Below are positions 8,904 through 16,770 of a stretch of DNA of 64,000 nt, piece by piece. Where the stretch lies: NCBI GenBank assembly GCA_011772475.1, contig WVZK01000086.1, positions 4,406 through 68,405 of the forward strand, in the 5' to 3' direction. A program made the translations under genes and the position numbers. Under the pieces are notes generated by a model. The model made no database searches. It saw nothing but the letters and a program-made list of their open reading frames with translations, and had not been told where the DNA came from. Numbering within the stretch: position 1 is the first letter of the stretch; every line of letters begins with the position of its first letter. The stretch comes from Candidatus Aminicenantes bacterium. Lineage in GTDB: Bacteria > Acidobacteriota > Aminicenantia > Aminicenantales > Aminicenantaceae.

Positions 8904-8950
8904 GGTCGGCTTTGCTCTAAAGGATTTTTCCCTATGACAGAGCCGCGACC
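8904..8950 (+). promoter_or_regulatory. Possible structured 5' leader hairpin upstream of the cold-shock gene
   Basis: GGTCGGCTTTG (8904-8914) can pair with CAGAGCC-gc-GACC (8938-8950), one G-U and a 2-nt bulge. Confidence 0.35.
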
Positions 8951-8997
8951 TAAGGCTTGGGACCATAAGTTAAAATTTTTTAAAGGAGGTCGAAGCT

Positions 8998-9204
8998 TTG
9001 CCGAAAGGGATCGTAAAGTGGTTCAACGACAAAAAGGGATACGGCTTCATTAAAGAAGAAGACGGTCGGGATATATTCGTTCACTTTTCATCAATCACTA
9101 TGCCAGGTTTCAAAACACTCGCTGAAGGCGAAGAAGTAAGTTTTGACATAGAAGAAAGCGACCGCGGACCCGTAGCCAAGAACGTCGTTAAGTCTGAGCA
9201 ATAG
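8998..9204 (+). CDS. Cold-shock domain protein (CspA family), TTG start
   Basis: [33 protein letters not shown]; SD aaggaggt just upstream. Confidence 0.95.
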   Translation: MPKGIVKWFNDKKGYGFIKEEDGRDIFVHFSSITMPGFKTLAEGEEVSFDIEESDRGPVAKNVVKSEQ

Positions 9205-9234
9205 CAAAGAGCAAGGTCTCCAGATCTGAGATTT

Positions 9235-9256
9235 GAAGGGGCAACCCTTCATTATT
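9235..9256 (+). terminator. Rho-independent-like terminator downstream of csp
   Basis: GAAGGG-gcaa-CCCTTC followed by attatttt. Confidence 0.45.
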
Positions 9257-9373
9257 TTCTTGCCGCAAACGGAGTTCTCTGTTTTCATTCATTTGCTGCC
9301 TTGGGGAATTAGTATATCTTTTTGACAGAAAGATAAATATCAAAGACAATGAGATTATATAAAGGATGAAAAA

Positions 9374-9910
9374 ATGAGTGGTCAGCAAATAATTTTTGGC
9401 TTGTTAGAACTTTTGGTTTCTGTATTCATAAGTTTCATTCTTATCTTTGGCAGCTATCGCCTCTTCCTAGTTCTTACTCCGCGTTTCGATGAAGAGCGGC
9501 AGCTTAAAGGCAAAAATACTTCCGTAGGGATTATTTTGGGAAGCATTCTTTTAGGAGAAGCACTGGTTGTTAAGCAAGCAATTTATCCGGTCATGGCAGT
9601 CATCCAAATTTTTGCGCTCGGTCAGGAAAGAGATATTTTAAATTTTTTAAAAATGCTGGGCTATGGTGCTGGATATGTTCTCCTGGCCGGGATCTTGGCT
9701 ATAGTCTGCATCCTGCTCAGCTTATGGCTGTTTAATAAATTAACACCTCGAATAGATCATTATCAGGAAATAAAGGAGAATAATATTGCGATTGCTATTT
9801 TTATGGCTCTTTTTATTGTCGGGATTTGTCTTTTGATAAGCGCTGGTGTTTCAGGCTTAACAAGGGCCCTGGTTCCTTTCCCAGAGGTCGGGTCGATCCC
9901 CTTTAAGTAA
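9374..9910 (+). CDS. DUF350 family membrane protein (two DUF350 repeats)
   Basis: 178 aa; LLELLVSVFISFILIFGSYRLFLVLTPRFDEERQLKGKNTSVGIILGSILLGEALVVKQAI and second half LTPRIDHYQEIKENNIAIAIFMALFIVGICLLISAGVSG. Confidence 0.8.
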   Translation: MSGQQIIFGLLELLVSVFISFILIFGSYRLFLVLTPRFDEERQLKGKNTSVGIILGSILLGEALVVKQAIYPVMAVIQIFALGQERDILNFLKMLGYGAGYVLLAGILAIVCILLSLWLFNKLTPRIDHYQEIKENNIAIAIFMALFIVGICLLISAGVSGLTRALVPFPEVGSIPFK

Positions 9911-9917
9911 AGCTTAA

Positions 9918-11033
9918 ATGAAGACGCCCTTTCTACCCATCCTTATAATTTTATTCGCCTTAATCAGCCTAACATTTTTGGCTTCCTTTTTGGGTGACGA
10001 TGCTCCTTATAGCAACGATTCCTCTTGCAGGTTAAGTTTTCTGAATCTAAATCAAAAAATTGGCTCTAAACAAAGCCTGAATATCTTTGAAAGAATTGAT
10101 ATCGAAACAGGTTATGAACTCACTTACGGCTGGAAGGATTACAGAGGAGATGGTTACTCTATGACCTTTTCCGTTTCCAAACAGCAATTGTCTGATGCAG
10201 AGGAGGAGTATGGCTACTACCCAGAAGAATTGGAAAAATACTTGGAAGAAAGCTATGAAAAAATGAGAGAAGAGATGATGATTTATCTCGAGGAATTTGC
10301 CAGGCGGCAAATAGAAAGGAGCAAGTATCCTCAGTATATCTTAATCGAAAAGATTGATTCAAAGAAATTCAGATTAAAGATTTCCGTCCCCTCAGCTCTT
10401 TATGAAGAGGTTAAAGCTTCATCTGAGATAATTAAAGATAAACTTACGGCAGAAGAAAATGCTTATTTATTAAAGATAGATAAAGAGCAAAAAAAGAAGG
10501 AAAAAGCATTTTTAGAGAGGAAAGGATTTCGAGTTATTGGAGACACTATAGGAGTGGATTATTCTGTTTGTGTTCGGAACAATCGTCCCAGGCTAAAAAA
10601 TGTCGTGGACCGTATGAAAAAAATAAAGAAAAGAATGTCTCTTCGGCAGTTGCTGTTCTTAATGTCAGCTTTTATCCAGGAGATTAAATATGGCATCCCT
10701 CCCTTCGAAGAAAATAATAAAATCATAGCGGAATTCTGGGTTCCTCCTAAAGTCCTGGTTAACAATTTTGGAGATTGCGATTCAAAGGGAGTTGCCTTTG
10801 CCTCGATGTGGACTAATTTTAAGAGGTACCCTCTTATTTTGATAAAGATTCCAAAACATATGTTCTTAGGATTGGCTATTCCTTCAATAGGAAGAGATGA
10901 GATTACGATAAACGGACTAAACTATACTCTCTGTGAGGTTACAGGGCCCGACAAAATACCACCTGGATGGATTACTAATTACAGCCGTTTCTATCTCGAA
11001 AGCGGAAGATTCAGGTATGAACTGATAAGATAG
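9918..11033 (+). CDS. Secreted/membrane-anchored transglutaminase-like protein
   Basis: 371 aa; N-terminal hydrophobic segment; VLVNNFGDCDSKGVAFASMW...PKHMFLGLA gives Cys/His arrangement; 7 nt downstream of DUF350 gene. Confidence 0.5.
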   Translation: MKTPFLPILIILFALISLTFLASFLGDDAPYSNDSSCRLSFLNLNQKIGSKQSLNIFERIDIETGYELTYGWKDYRGDGYSMTFSVSKQQLSDAEEEYGYYPEELEKYLEESYEKMREEMMIYLEEFARRQIERSKYPQYILIEKIDSKKFRLKISVPSALYEEVKASSEIIKDKLTAEENAYLLKIDKEQKKKEKAFLERKGFRVIGDTIGVDYSVCVRNNRPRLKNVVDRMKKIKKRMSLRQLLFLMSAFIQEIKYGIPPFEENNKIIAEFWVPPKVLVNNFGDCDSKGVAFASMWTNFKRYPLILIKIPKHMFLGLAIPSIGRDEITINGLNYTLCEVTGPDKIPPGWITNYSRFYLESGRFRYELIR

Positions 11034-11043
11034 CTATTGTTCT

Positions 11044-11218
11044 TGTAGGGGCTCGATTTATCGTAGGGGCTCGATTTATTATACGTGTTTGATTCATCAA
11101 ACCCCCATTCTCTCTTATATTTTTATTTGTGGGGATTTGGTTCGTTGTAGGGGTTTGATTCATCAAACCTCCCTGCTTGCTAATATTTTTATTTGTAGGG
11201 GTTTGATTCATCAAACCC
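11044..11218. repeat. Cluster of GTAGGGG(T/C)TTGATTnATCAA(A/G)CCC hairpin repeats (about 6 full or partial copies)
   Basis: Full copies at 11147 and 11195 (48-nt period); partial/degenerate copies at 11044, 11063, 11083 and 11129. Confidence 0.85.
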
Positions 11219-11257
11219 GCACTTTTTATCTATATTTTTTTATAAATGAACGTTTTT

Positions 11258-12187
11258 TTACAATTTTTTAAATTTGATTTCTTTTAAATCGGGGAAAGCA
11301 TATACTCTTACTTTTTTACCTTCCCTGATTACGACGCCTCCTCTGCAGAGGCGGAATCTATTACTTATCTCTGTTGTATCATAACCTGAAAACGTTTTTA
11401 GAAGCTTTATTGTTCCGTCCTTAAACTCATAAACTTTAACTTCAGAAGCAACATGGTCTGTTTCAACAAGGTAGTATTTATCAGGATAGAAAAATTGGAG
11501 ATAGCCTTTTGTTTCGCCGAATTCTTCGATCTCAAAATTCTCTAGGTTCAATCTGGCATATTTTGGCCGTTTTGCACCTCTTCTCCACCCGTATTTCTCT
11601 TTTAGAGTGATATCGTTAAGCTTTGTTCTCCAAAATACGGTTCCGAAATGAAAACCCTTACTGTTTGGGATCTTCCTTATAGTTTCAAAACGTCCTTCCT
11701 TCTCACTGCTTATGATTACATTTTCTTCGGTGTAGCTGATGAGCATCCTATTAGAATAAAAAGCTGCTTTTTGACTTTCTCCGATGTTTTCAATCCGGCC
11801 ATCCTCCCATATTCTTAGGATTATATTTTTCCGGGTTTTTTCAGTGCACATCATTCAGAACCGTTTTCCTTTAGCTATGTCTGTTTCGATAAGAGTTGGC
11901 CAATAGCTTTTTTCCAACAATTGATATTCCAGGGGAATTCTTGTTACTTCTTTTGATGCTTTGTCGACCAGAACAAGCTGAATATCATGGAAATCTTTTT
12001 TTCTCTTTCTTTCTATGAAAGCTATTGTTTGATCATATTTCCAAAACTGGAAAGCAATTTGTCTTTCAGGTTGCCCTTCGTAAAGAACTTCAGCCTTGTA
12101 GTTGTTTGTGTTGATCCTGATGATCCTATTATAGCGCCCAGTAATTTTGCTGTGAGCTCTTGCGTAAACATATTCATTATCTAACAA
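11258..12187 (-). pseudogene. Beta-propeller-like protein split by an in-frame TGA
   Basis: ORFs 11855..12187 (110 aa) and 11258..11854 (198 aa) are in the same frame separated only by one TGA; no signal peptide at the start; palindromic repeat directly upstream. Confidence 0.45.
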
Positions 12188-12192
12188 GGAGG

Positions 12193-12232
12193 AATAAAAT
12201 GGGGCCGAATAAAATGGGGCCAGGCCCCATTC
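12193..12232. repeat. GGGGCC palindromic intergenic element, copy 2
   Basis: aataaaatggggccgaataaaatggggccaggccccatt. Confidence 0.75.
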
Positions 12233-12384
12233 TTTTTCTTTAATCAGATAACGTTGCCATTTAAGATGAATGGAGGATAATTTTAAAGACAGTATTGAAA
12301 CCGATTTTAATTTTTGTTTTAATTAATCAACTGCATGATGTTAGTGGGAGTTATCAATCATTCTTATTTAAATAGGATAAGGAC

Positions 12385-12861
12385 ATGACAAGAAAAGATA
12401 TATTTAAACTTATATTATGTCTCATAATTTGTCAGTTAGCAGGGTTTGTGGGCTCTTTATTCACATCGCCTTCAATTCCCTCGTGGTATGCTTATCTAAA
12501 TAAGCCATCTTTCACACCACCGAATTGGGTATTCTCCCCGGTATGGATAAGCTTGTTTGTGATTATGGGGATATCTCTGTTTCTTGTATGGCAGAGAACT
12601 CTGCGCCATCCTTATGTAAAATCTGCCTTATTATGGTTTGCTTGCCAGCTGATTTTAAACATGCTTTGGTCAATCGTATTTTTCGGCCTTAAGTCCCCGT
12701 TTTTTGCTTTTATAGAGATTATTTTGCTGTGGATAGCAATCCTGATAACAATTATTAAGTTCTTTAGAGTCTCAAGATTGGCAGGAGTACTTCTTATTCC
12801 TTATATCCTTTGGGTAAGTTTTGCTGCAGTCCTTAATTTCTCCATATGGAATCTTAATTAA
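12385..12861 (+). CDS. tspO: TspO/MBR family protein (tryptophan-rich sensory protein)
   Basis: 158 aa, 5 TM; WYAYLNKPSFTPPNWVFSPVW, ALLWFACQLILNMLWSIVFFGLKSP, PYILWVSFAAVLNFSIW. Confidence 0.93.
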   Translation: MTRKDIFKLILCLIICQLAGFVGSLFTSPSIPSWYAYLNKPSFTPPNWVFSPVWISLFVIMGISLFLVWQRTLRHPYVKSALLWFACQLILNMLWSIVFFGLKSPFFAFIEIILLWIAILITIIKFFRVSRLAGVLLIPYILWVSFAAVLNFSIWNLN

Positions 12862-12925
12862 TAAATCCAAGCCGAGTATTTATTCGGATTTTTATATAAA
12901 TAGAAAAGCTGTAAGGAGGATAAAA

Positions 12926-15031
12926 ATGGTTCAGAAGTCTTTTAGGAAATTTTTCTTCGTTATTTTAATTTTTGCTTTTCTCCTTTCTCTTCCAGTTTCA
13001 GCGGTAGATAAAAAGGAAGGGCCCAAATCTAAAAAGCCCCCTGTTATCTCCGCAAAAGACACTTTGCGGATAAACCGAGTTTCTAATCCTCGCCTTTCTC
13101 CAGATGGCCAATGGGTACTTTACTCTAAGGCGATTCGAGATATGGAAGACAAAGATATGGAGAGCACCACGCATGTCTGGCGAGTGCGAGTTGACGGCAA
13201 GCAAAGAAGACAGATGACCTATGGTTCTGAGAGCTGCACCTCTCCTTCATGGTTTCCCGATGGGAAAAAGATCGCGTTTCTAAGCTCCCGCGGCAAAGCC
13301 GAAAGCTCCAGAGATAGACGAGAAGATGCCAGCGAACGCCCTCGTAATCAAATATATTCTATGTATCTTGACGGAGGAGAGGCCTGGCAAGTAACTGAGC
13401 ATAAAGAAGGTATTCAATCTTACGAAATTTCACCGGACTCAACCCGTATCCTTTTCACTGCTAGAGATCCCTTAACCGAAGAAGAAGAGAAAAGAAAAAA
13501 AGAAAAGGACGATGCTGAGGTTGTAGACGAGAAGTTTCGGATGAGCCATCTCTGGATTTACGATATAGATAAAAAAGAAGCTACGCAATTTACCAAAGGC
13601 GAATTTACAGTGAGTGATGCTCATTGGTCACCAGATTCTAAGAAAGTCGCCTATGTGACGCAGCCTAATACTAAAGTTGATGAAGATTGGAACAGCGATG
13701 TCTGGCTTATTGACATTGACACCAAAAACTATAAAAAGCTTTACGAAAATCCTGGAAGAGACGCCAGCCCCCGTTGGTCACCTGACGGAAAGACCATTGC
13801 TTTTTCTTCTGAGTCTCACGCTAGCTCAAACACATGGTATGACAAGCTTTATCTTTTTCCAGCGAGCGGCGGCAAACCAAAAATCCTGCTTAAAGATTTT
13901 GATCTCAATTATGGGCCTTCGATCTGGTCTCAAGATGGAAGGCGAATTTACTGGGCGACTGGGGACCGAACAACAGGGAACTTATTTTCGGTTGATATTC
14001 GCACCGGCGATATCAAGAAGATTACACCTCCCCGAGGATCTAATTCCCAGTGGAGGTTATCAAACGATGGGAAACGCTGGACGTGGTACCATTCTCCATC
14101 AAACTGGCCAGGAGAAATTTACGCTGCAGATTTGGATCTCAAGAATCCAGTTCGCCTAACAGATGCCAATCCCTGGCTTCGAGAAGAGAAAATAAAGCTC
14201 GGGAAAGTGGAGACAATTAAATGGAAAAACAGCGACGGCCAGTGGATTGAAGGAGTGCTCACCTGGCCTGTTGATTATAAGCAAGGCGAGAAATACCCCC
14301 TCATTCTCAATCCTCATGGAGGACCAAGCTCGGCAAGGATCGAATCGTTCAGCTCGTCAAATCAATTCTTTGCTGGCAATGGCTTTATGGTCCTCCAGCC
14401 GAACTTCCGAGGAAGCTCGAATTATGGTCAGGAATTCCTCAACGCTAATCGAGGCTATTGGGGGGTAAGGGATTATGATGACTGCATGACTGGAGTAGAC
14501 TTCTGCGTTGAGAAAGGCTGGGCTGATCCTGATCGGCTTATCTGTTACGGCTGGAGCTACGGCGGATACATGAGCTTCTGGATTGTCACCCAGACTGACC
14601 GTTTTAAGGCTGTTTCTCCAGGTGCGGGGCTTGCGAACCTCTACAGCATGTACAGTACTACAGACATACCTCGTTATCTCGCTTGGTTTTTCGGGACTCC
14701 TTGGGATTATGAAGACATGTACGAGAAGCTTTCTCCCATTCGTCACGTAAAGAAAGTAAAGAGCCCGGTACTTATAATGCATGGAGCAATTGACGCAAGG
14801 GTCCCTCCTGAGCAGTCGGTCGAGTTTTACCAGGCGCTTCGTGACCTGGGAAAAGATGTCACATTTGTGCGCTTCCCGAGGGAAAGGCATGGAATCAGGG
14901 AACCGCGGCATCAAATAGACCGTCTCCGAAGATACCTTTTTTTCTTCGCAGAACATGTGAACCTGATACCCGTTAGTGAGAAGAAAGAAGAAAAGGTGCC
15001 CAAAAAGGAAGAGAAGAAAAAAGATAAATAA
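12926..15031 (+). CDS. S9 family peptidase (acylaminoacyl-peptidase/DPP-like), secreted
   Basis: ORF track 12821..15031; preferred start 12926 (aaggagga SD, signal peptide). WD40-like propeller then NPHGGPSS, YGWSYGGYMS, DARVPPEQS, FPRERHG. Confidence 0.93.
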   Translation: MVQKSFRKFFFVILIFAFLLSLPVSAVDKKEGPKSKKPPVISAKDTLRINRVSNPRLSPDGQWVLYSKAIRDMEDKDMESTTHVWRVRVDGKQRRQMTYGSESCTSPSWFPDGKKIAFLSSRGKAESSRDRREDASERPRNQIYSMYLDGGEAWQVTEHKEGIQSYEISPDSTRILFTARDPLTEEEEKRKKEKDDAEVVDEKFRMSHLWIYDIDKKEATQFTKGEFTVSDAHWSPDSKKVAYVTQPNTKVDEDWNSDVWLIDIDTKNYKKLYENPGRDASPRWSPDGKTIAFSSESHASSNTWYDKLYLFPASGGKPKILLKDFDLNYGPSIWSQDGRRIYWATGDRTTGNLFSVDIRTGDIKKITPPRGSNSQWRLSNDGKRWTWYHSPSNWPGEIYAADLDLKNPVRLTDANPWLREEKIKLGKVETIKWKNSDGQWIEGVLTWPVDYKQGEKYPLILNPHGGPSSARIESFSSSNQFFAGNGFMVLQPNFRGSSNYGQEFLNANRGYWGVRDYDDCMTGVDFCVEKGWADPDRLICYGWSYGGYMSFWIVTQTDRFKAVSPGAGLANLYSMYSTTDIPRYLAWFFGTPWDYEDMYEKLSPIRHVKKVKSPVLIMHGAIDARVPPEQSVEFYQALRDLGKDVTFVRFPRERHGIREPRHQIDRLRRYLFFFAEHVNLIPVSEKKEEKVPKKEEKKKDK

Positions 15032-15055
15032 AGTATATTAAGAAAAGAGGAGAAT

Positions 15056-16750
15056 ATGTCAGGAAAGAAGATATTCGTATCATTAATCGCATTGGTTGCT
15101 CTTGTTTCCTTTAAAAGCAGCCAAGGAGCACTCCATCCTGGGCGAGAAGCACAGAATCTTGGAAGGAAACTGACTCCAGCAGTTGGCACGAAAGGCATGG
15201 TCAGTTCCGCTCATCCGCTTGCGACCCAGGCGGGCCTGGATATTCTCAAAGCTGGCGGTAATGCTTTTGATGCGGCGGTGGCTATCGCCGCCATGTTAAA
15301 TGTCGTCGAACCGATGAATTCTGGGATCGGCGGCTACGGGACAATCCTTGTTTATGAGGCCGAAAAAAGAAATGCTCGTTTTCTTGATTCAAGCGGGAAG
15401 ATCCCTATTAACGTCGATTCAGATGCTTTCCGACCTCCCACGCCAAATTATAAGGATAATAGGCGAGGGCCCAAAGCAGTCTCGACTCCAGGAAACGTGA
15501 ATGCCTGGTGGGCTATGTCCTCAGAATACGGAAAGCTTAAGTGGTCTGAACTTTTTAAAAGCGCTATAAAGACAGCTGAACAGGGATTTGAGGTTAAAGA
15601 ACGGCTCGCCAGGAGTATTGAATATGCATTTTCCGAGTTCAACGAGCATGGACAAGAAGTCTACGGAAAAGAAGGCAAGCCACTGGGAAAAGGAGATGTT
15701 CTCGTCCAGAAAGATCTCGCAAAGTCGCTAGGGCTTATAGCCGAGCAAGGAGCCAAAGCTGTCTATGGGGGGAAACTCGGAAAGATAATAGATAAAGCGA
15801 TGCGAGAGAGTGGTGGCTTCTTGACCATCGAAGACCTTGTTGCTGACCGGGCTGAATGGTGGAAGCCGATAAGCATTAACTATCGTGGGTATAAGGTGGC
15901 GACCGCTTCGCCCCCTTCTACTGCATTTCCTTCCCTTATCCGGTTAGGCTTGATGAGCTGCTTCGATAACTTTCGTCTCGGACACAATAGCCCAGATTAT
16001 CTCCATTTTTTCGCCGAAGCAACCAAGCATGCTTTTTGGTGTCGTCTCGCCCACGCTGGAGACCCGGAAATTAATCCTCCACCCCTGGAGAAGCTACTTT
16101 CTGAAGAATACTGGGAAGATGTTGTAAGCAAGATTGACCATAAGAAAGCAAAACCGTTCAGCCCTCCCAGAATTGTAGTCAAGCAGGAGAAAAACACGAC
16201 TCATTTTGTTGTAGCTGATAGATGGGGAAACATAGTCAGCGCAACCCAGACGCTGGGCAATTCATTTGGTTGTCGCATAATGGTGGAAGGTACAGGCATC
16301 TGGCTTAATAATTCGCTCGCCTACTGTACGTTCGAACCTAAGGGGAATCCTATGGACGCCCATGCTGGCCACAGAAAACTTTCAGGGGATTGTCCTACAA
16401 TCATTTTTAAAAACGGAAAACCTTGGGCTGCTCTCGGGACACCAGGCGGTCATACAATAGGCCAGACCGTTCCTCAAATGGTCATGAATCTGATCGACTT
16501 CAAGATGGATATCCAGAAGGCTATCGCAGCTCCTCGCATCAGTTTTGCAGAACCTGACTTAATTCTTGTAGAGAATAGGATTGAAGCCTCGATACAGAAT
16601 GCTCTAAGAGAAAAAGGACATAACGTTCGAGAAGTCAGAGGCTTGGGCAACGCCCACGGCTTGATGATCGAGTATGATGCTGAAGGAAAACCTGCGCGTT
16701 TTTATGGAGCTGCCGATGTACGAGGGAATGGACTGGCAAAAGGATATTAA
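15056..16750 (+). CDS. ggt: Gamma-glutamyltransferase
   Basis: KGMVSSAHPLATQAGLDILKAGGNAFDAAVAIAAMLNVVEPMNSGIGGYG; TTHFVVADRWGNIVSATQTLG; GTPGGHTIGQTVPQMVMNLIDF. Confidence 0.95.
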   Translation: MSGKKIFVSLIALVALVSFKSSQGALHPGREAQNLGRKLTPAVGTKGMVSSAHPLATQAGLDILKAGGNAFDAAVAIAAMLNVVEPMNSGIGGYGTILVYEAEKRNARFLDSSGKIPINVDSDAFRPPTPNYKDNRRGPKAVSTPGNVNAWWAMSSEYGKLKWSELFKSAIKTAEQGFEVKERLARSIEYAFSEFNEHGQEVYGKEGKPLGKGDVLVQKDLAKSLGLIAEQGAKAVYGGKLGKIIDKAMRESGGFLTIEDLVADRAEWWKPISINYRGYKVATASPPSTAFPSLIRLGLMSCFDNFRLGHNSPDYLHFFAEATKHAFWCRLAHAGDPEINPPPLEKLLSEEYWEDVVSKIDHKKAKPFSPPRIVVKQEKNTTHFVVADRWGNIVSATQTLGNSFGCRIMVEGTGIWLNNSLAYCTFEPKGNPMDAHAGHRKLSGDCPTIIFKNGKPWAALGTPGGHTIGQTVPQMVMNLIDFKMDIQKAIAAPRISFAEPDLILVENRIEASIQNALREKGHNVREVRGLGNAHGLMIEYDAEGKPARFYGAADVRGNGLAKGY

Positions 16751-16770
16751 AATAATTTTTAATAACTGAG

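Noticed and set aside
11044-11218. Regularly spaced short palindromic repeats considered as a CRISPR array
   Set aside because: Copies are dispersed through the window in both orientations, with variable 48/57/67-nt periods; spacers are themselves similar rather than unique, and no cas genes are present.
11011-11271. ORFs 11011..11214 (-) and 11089..11271 (+) with NQTPTNK / IHQTPIL repeats
   Set aside because: They are translations through the GTAGGGG intergenic hairpin repeats; repeat-derived protein motifs on both strands, no SD, not genes.
11855-11857. In-frame TGA considered as selenocysteine
   Set aside because: No SECIS-like structure recognised and the flanking residues (KGKRF*MMCTEK) do not match a known selenoprotein context; decay or reinitiation is more likely.
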